DNA from: Channa argus
Taxonomy: Eukaryota
DNA length: 64,000 bases
Reading direction: 5' to 3'
Assembly: GCF_033026475.1 (NCBI RefSeq)
Contig: NC_090210.1
Span: 20,319,376-20,383,375 of the forward strand
Part shown: positions 46,694-64,000 of the stretch, in pieces
How positions within the stretch are numbered: the first letter of the stretch is position 1
How the letters are laid out: every line of letters begins with the position of its first letter
Notes under the pieces: generated by a model
What the model was told of the DNA's origin: nothing
Databases searched by the model: none
What the model saw: only the letters and a program-made list of their open reading frames with translations
Program-made: the position numbers and the translations under genes

Positions 46694-49600
46694 AATGTGA
46701 CATAAGCAGCATTAGTCAGTGTGAGGGCAGAGAGAACCAGGTCCCAGCCTATAAACGTGCCCTGTGTGGGGAACCTGGCAACCAGACCGAAGCTCACAGG
46801 TGAGATGAGAATGAGATACAGCGAGAATTCAGTGAAAGTGAACTCTAATGAAGAATTGATACTATTTTTCCTAATAGGTTCCAATAAGACCAAACTCTCC
46901 TGAACCTGAATCCAGCTGTTTGACCATGAACCGACACACTCTACTTTCTTTGGAGAACTTCCCTCCCTGGTGCCAGGATCAGCTGATCGGATGTACAGGT
47001 AAATCGTTCCATCAACTCGTGTTGTAACTGCTGTTGTTTGTCAAGCATCAATGTTCATGTGAGTGTTTTTCTTTTTGTGTAATTCTCACAGCTGGAAACT
47101 CTTCGGTCCATGTGTATCACCTCTGTAGACCTGTGCACAGCCTATATTCAGTAATTTTAGCAAAAGATCGAAAAGAGAAGGATTCCGTTTTTAATGCTTT
47201 TGTACTAAACTAGATAATGTAATATGATATAAAACAGAAAAAAACATTTTTGCTTAAGAAAAATCCCAGACTAAAAGTTTATTTTCTTCATGAAACAAGA
47301 TCATCCTAACTGCAAACATGCATTAGTCATAATATAACTCTTAAAATACGATTTCGAAGTTGGAACCCAACAAAAGGGGGACAGAGAAGTGTTTTCTCAT
47401 AATTATTTAATCACACATACATTTACATCATGCAGTCAATCCAAAACTGTGATCTCATTACTTCCCATCCCTGTCCATATCAGAGCCCTGTTATTTGTGC
47501 CCCAGTTCTCCAGGAATTATCCAGTACCTTGGTTACTGATCTTCAAACCCCTTTAAAAATCAACCAACTATTACACAGTAATAAAAAAAGGATTCACTTT
47601 ATTTAAATTTAGAATTAATGCAGTAAACACCACAAGTATCTTTGCTGTTTTTGCAATTTTTCTCCATTTTTATAAGCTGTTTTGGTGGGAGGTCAAAGGA
47701 TAAACATTTTGAGGTCCATAATACAAAATCTGAATGTAGAATATGACACAAAGGGAATAAACCATCTCGATAGACACCAAACACTGTCCTGTCATAGATA
47801 CATGGGAGCCACTACTCCTGGAGCTTGAAGAAAGTTGCTTTTGCTTTTAGTTACACCCACCGAAATCTAAACAGCCACATGGAGTGTTTTTCTGTAAATA
47901 AGTGCTATTAATGATATCTTACAAGAGAAACCCATTAATCTGTTTTGTTTTCCTTGCAGTAGAGGTTTCTTCAATTCCTCAAAAAAGCTCAAACTTGATA
48001 CATAGTCCTCTAATTGAAACATCAACCCCTGTACAGTACAGTTAGTTACATTATCTGTGAATTTTTGCAGAAAAACCTTCAATGTTTAAGCTTTTCAGAA
48101 AGCATCTCTGAGAAAAAAACAAAACAAACAAAAAAAAACACTAAAACCAAAGCTAACAGAAGAGGGGCAGGGTTACTGCTGCTTGGACACCTGTCACTCG
48201 GCTGACTTACAGTGTATTTTACAGTATATTGCACTTGCAAAAGACGTTAGTGTTTTTATGCTGGGGTTTCAATCACAACAAGCTCTTTGCCAATGCACTG
48301 GGGCTTCACAGGGTCAAACACAACACAATCTGTGATGGGAATTAAAATGAAAAAACACCAGAAAATCAAAGACAATAAAACGACGACTCCAACACCCCTG
48401 ACTACATTGAAACAAACCCTTCCTCCAGATGATGACAGAAGATCGTTGTACAATTGTAGACCCTGCTCTCCTGACTGGCTGATCAGGGACAAGGCTCTGA
48501 CCGCCAACAGCTAGCCTTCAGTATGCACCGACGCAAACTGAGGAAAAAATTAATAAACTGGGGAGAACAAAAAAAAAAAAAGTACAGTACATAAAAACCC
48601 AGCAAAACACATTACTTCCTGCAAATTTACAACCACATGGGGCTTGTACAGTTACAGGTTCTAAATCTAGAAAAAGAGGAAGCGAGGCACCCTTGAAAAG
48701 AAAAACACGGCAGGGGATTGTACAAAAAAACAAAAATCCTGAATATCTGAGTGAGGGGAGATGAGCGACAGCAACCCAGCTAGGACAGGACAAGCATCAC
48801 GTGCCATCTCAGTCTATGTGCACAGAGATAAATAACTTTCATTAACGCAGCATTACTGACCACTGAGAGGAGCACAAACAGTACAAGTAGCTACTTAGCA
48901 TTGGCTATGCTAACAGGTGGAAGTTTGTTAACAGGATCGTTCTCTTCCTCTCTACCTTCCTTCTACATTCTTTGCACCCTTCTCATGAAGTCACCAACAA
49001 CGAGTATAGGTTTTCTTTTAACTTAATGATAAAAACTAATGGCCTCCACAGGTGTTTTAGTTAAATACATCTACAATACACTGTCGCACGTCCTGGCTCT
49101 TTGTTTCTTTTTTATTCTTTTTAGCCGTTCCCCGATTTCCATTCCGCTTTCTGGGCAGGGAGGCCTGTGCAGTAGTGCCAATTTTACATCTGTACAACAA
49201 GACCGGACAGAACAGCAGTGCTCGACGCCATCTAGTCAATTCAAAACAGTTTTATTTATTTCTTTTTTGTAGTTTTTTTTCCTTAAAGAAGCGTGTAAAA
49301 TCTATTCAGAGAAAAAGTTTGGTTAACAACCAATAATAATGATGAAATGTACAGAGGTTAGCCTATAGGTTCAAGCTATTTCTTGTGAAGGGGGGGGTCT
49401 CAATTTTTTTTTGTATTTGTTTTTCGGCTCTTGCTATCAGTACATTCAGCTTGGCACAGTGCAGAACTACTCGCACGACGACGACAGATGACAACAGACT
49501 GTGCAAATGAAAATCGAAACCTTGAGCTACACATTGGAGTAGTGTGTGGTTTCGTGTGCTGAGCCTGTGTTTGGTTCAGTGGATAATATTTTGCCTTTTG

Positions 49601-50124
49601 TACATTAAATTTGTAGGTTTTTTTTGTTTTGTTTTTTAAATCATATCCAGTAAGAGAAAAAGTTGAGAATTGGGGAAGTGGGAGTTAAGTGGAGGTGGTC
49701 AGGGGACTGGAGCTGTACAGACCAGGAATATTTATATATATATATTTATAACTCAAACTCCTTCGTGGCTCCTAAGCAGCGACGAGGAGCCCGTTTGCCG
49801 TAATGGAATGACAGGTTCTTGAGGGGTGATATTGGCTTCTTCTGTGGTGTTTGCCTTCCAGCCCGCTGCTCCTCAGCTGCAGACAGAAACAACGCTGTTA
49901 GTTTCTGGGGTTTGTTGTGTTTTTCCAATCTAGTTAGCTAAGACAGAACCAACCAAGAACAGTAATTTTTCATTTTTGAAAAGTCTTCATCATTTTACAG
50001 TATATCGAGGAGGAAATGCAGCAGAGTATTTACTGTCACTGTGCCCTTTGCATACATACATATACATACAATACATATTTTCGCTCGTCTTGTTAGCTCT
50101 CTGAAAACAAACAGGTCTGTCGAC

Positions 50125-63321
<13,197 letters not shown>

Positions 63322-63700
63322 CTTCCACGGTTTACGAATGGAAATACACCAATGCAATTAAAGAGTATCCTAAATCCCAGGGCCGCCCGTCGGGGGGTAA
63401 AACGGGAGGCCGAGCCCCTCTGTTCCAAGCTCGAGTTCTGGAAAGAGCGATTATCGCCCGAGCATGCAGCAAAAAAATCCTTGTTTTCCTCTCAATCGGT
63501 CCCCCTCCTCTTAGGAAGCCATGATACCGGTGGATGAGCGGCGGCCACCTCACCCCTCCTGCTGCTGTGGATGTGGATCACCATGACGTCATCCCGGCGC
63601 TCCCCTCCGGACTTTGTTTGTACTGTGGAGCTGAAATCATCGGTAGTAAACACAAAAGCATAAAACTACACCTAAAGGCGATCACATTTATTTCCAGACG
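63322..63700 (-). promoter_or_regulatory. KIF5B 5'UTR and proximal promoter, a GC/CpG-rich region.
   Basis: High CpG content (ccgtcggggggtaaaacgggaggccgagcccc…cgcccgagcatgc…ggcggccacc…) directly upstream of the start codon. No other coding sequence is present. Confidence 0.45.
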
Positions 63701-64000
63701 TGGCAAGGACGTTTGCTAAAATGCTGCAATAAGTGAGAATTTGAGGTACTTGTACTAGTATTTCTTTTAAATTAAACTATATTTTAAGAATATATGCAGA
63801 TCATCAGACTCTCAACACAACACTTAAGAAAATAGTAAACTATTATATAAATGTATCACCTCTCAGTACATAAAGTAATTACAAATAAGCTACAACTTGT
63901 TTCACATTAAATTGGAAATGTTGGCAGCATATTTGACTCTTACTTGTTTTATTAATAGCTTGAATATTTTCTTTGTCACATTTTACCATTAAAAGGTTGT

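Noticed and set aside
63322-63357. Apparent N-terminal extension of KIF5B ([19 protein letters not shown]…) in the ORF track.
   Set aside because: The first codon is TTG, not ATG. The conserved kinesin N-terminus starts at the ATG at 63321, which has a strong Kozak context.

Overview
This window is vertebrate (teleost-type) nuclear DNA, not a prokaryotic locus. Genes are spliced, there are CpG islands, Tc1/mariner, LINE and tRNA-derived SINE insertions, and (CA)n microsatellites. Most six-frame ORFs are therefore artefacts, and many of their 'M' residues are GTG/TTG alternative starts rather than ATG. Reading exon by exon, I find five protein-coding genes. (1) The last three coding exons of a PARP2 orthologue lie on the + strand at 1-1160, ending ...RMRYLLRIQFNYSSLW*. 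(2) A complete 5-coding-exon TMBIM1-like (Bax-inhibitor/Lifeguard family) gene lies on the - strand at 2262-6008. (3) A complete 4-coding-exon ZNRF1/ZNRF2-like E3 ligase gene lies on the - strand at 12545-15814. It has an N-myristoylation signal, a C2HC zinc finger and a RING-H2 finger. (4) A full TEP1 (telomerase/vault-associated protein 1) gene lies on the + strand, with CDS about 18033-46203 in more than 50 exons and TROVE, DUF4062, NACHT P-loop and WD40 repeats. It starts from a CpG-island promoter that it shares divergently with the ZNRF-like gene. (5) A complete kinesin-1 heavy chain gene of KIF5B type lies on the - strand, CDS 50125-63321 in about 25 exons. It is tail-to-tail with TEP1. 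Introns carry a degenerate Tc1 transposon with a transposase ORF, a second Tc1 remnant, a LINE 3' fragment with a (GAA)n tail, and two copies of a tRNA-derived SINE, one of them with target-site duplications. I see no CRISPR array, operon or rRNA/tRNA gene. The points most worth follow-up are these: the PARP2-TEP1 linkage known from human 14q11.2 is kept but in a different orientation, with two genes inserted between them; the ZNRF paralogue is divergent; a perfect (AC)n...(GT)n inverted microsatellite sits in a 3'UTR; a (TG)n tract forms the polypyrimidine region of a KIF5B acceptor; and TE insertions abut TEP1 splice sites.
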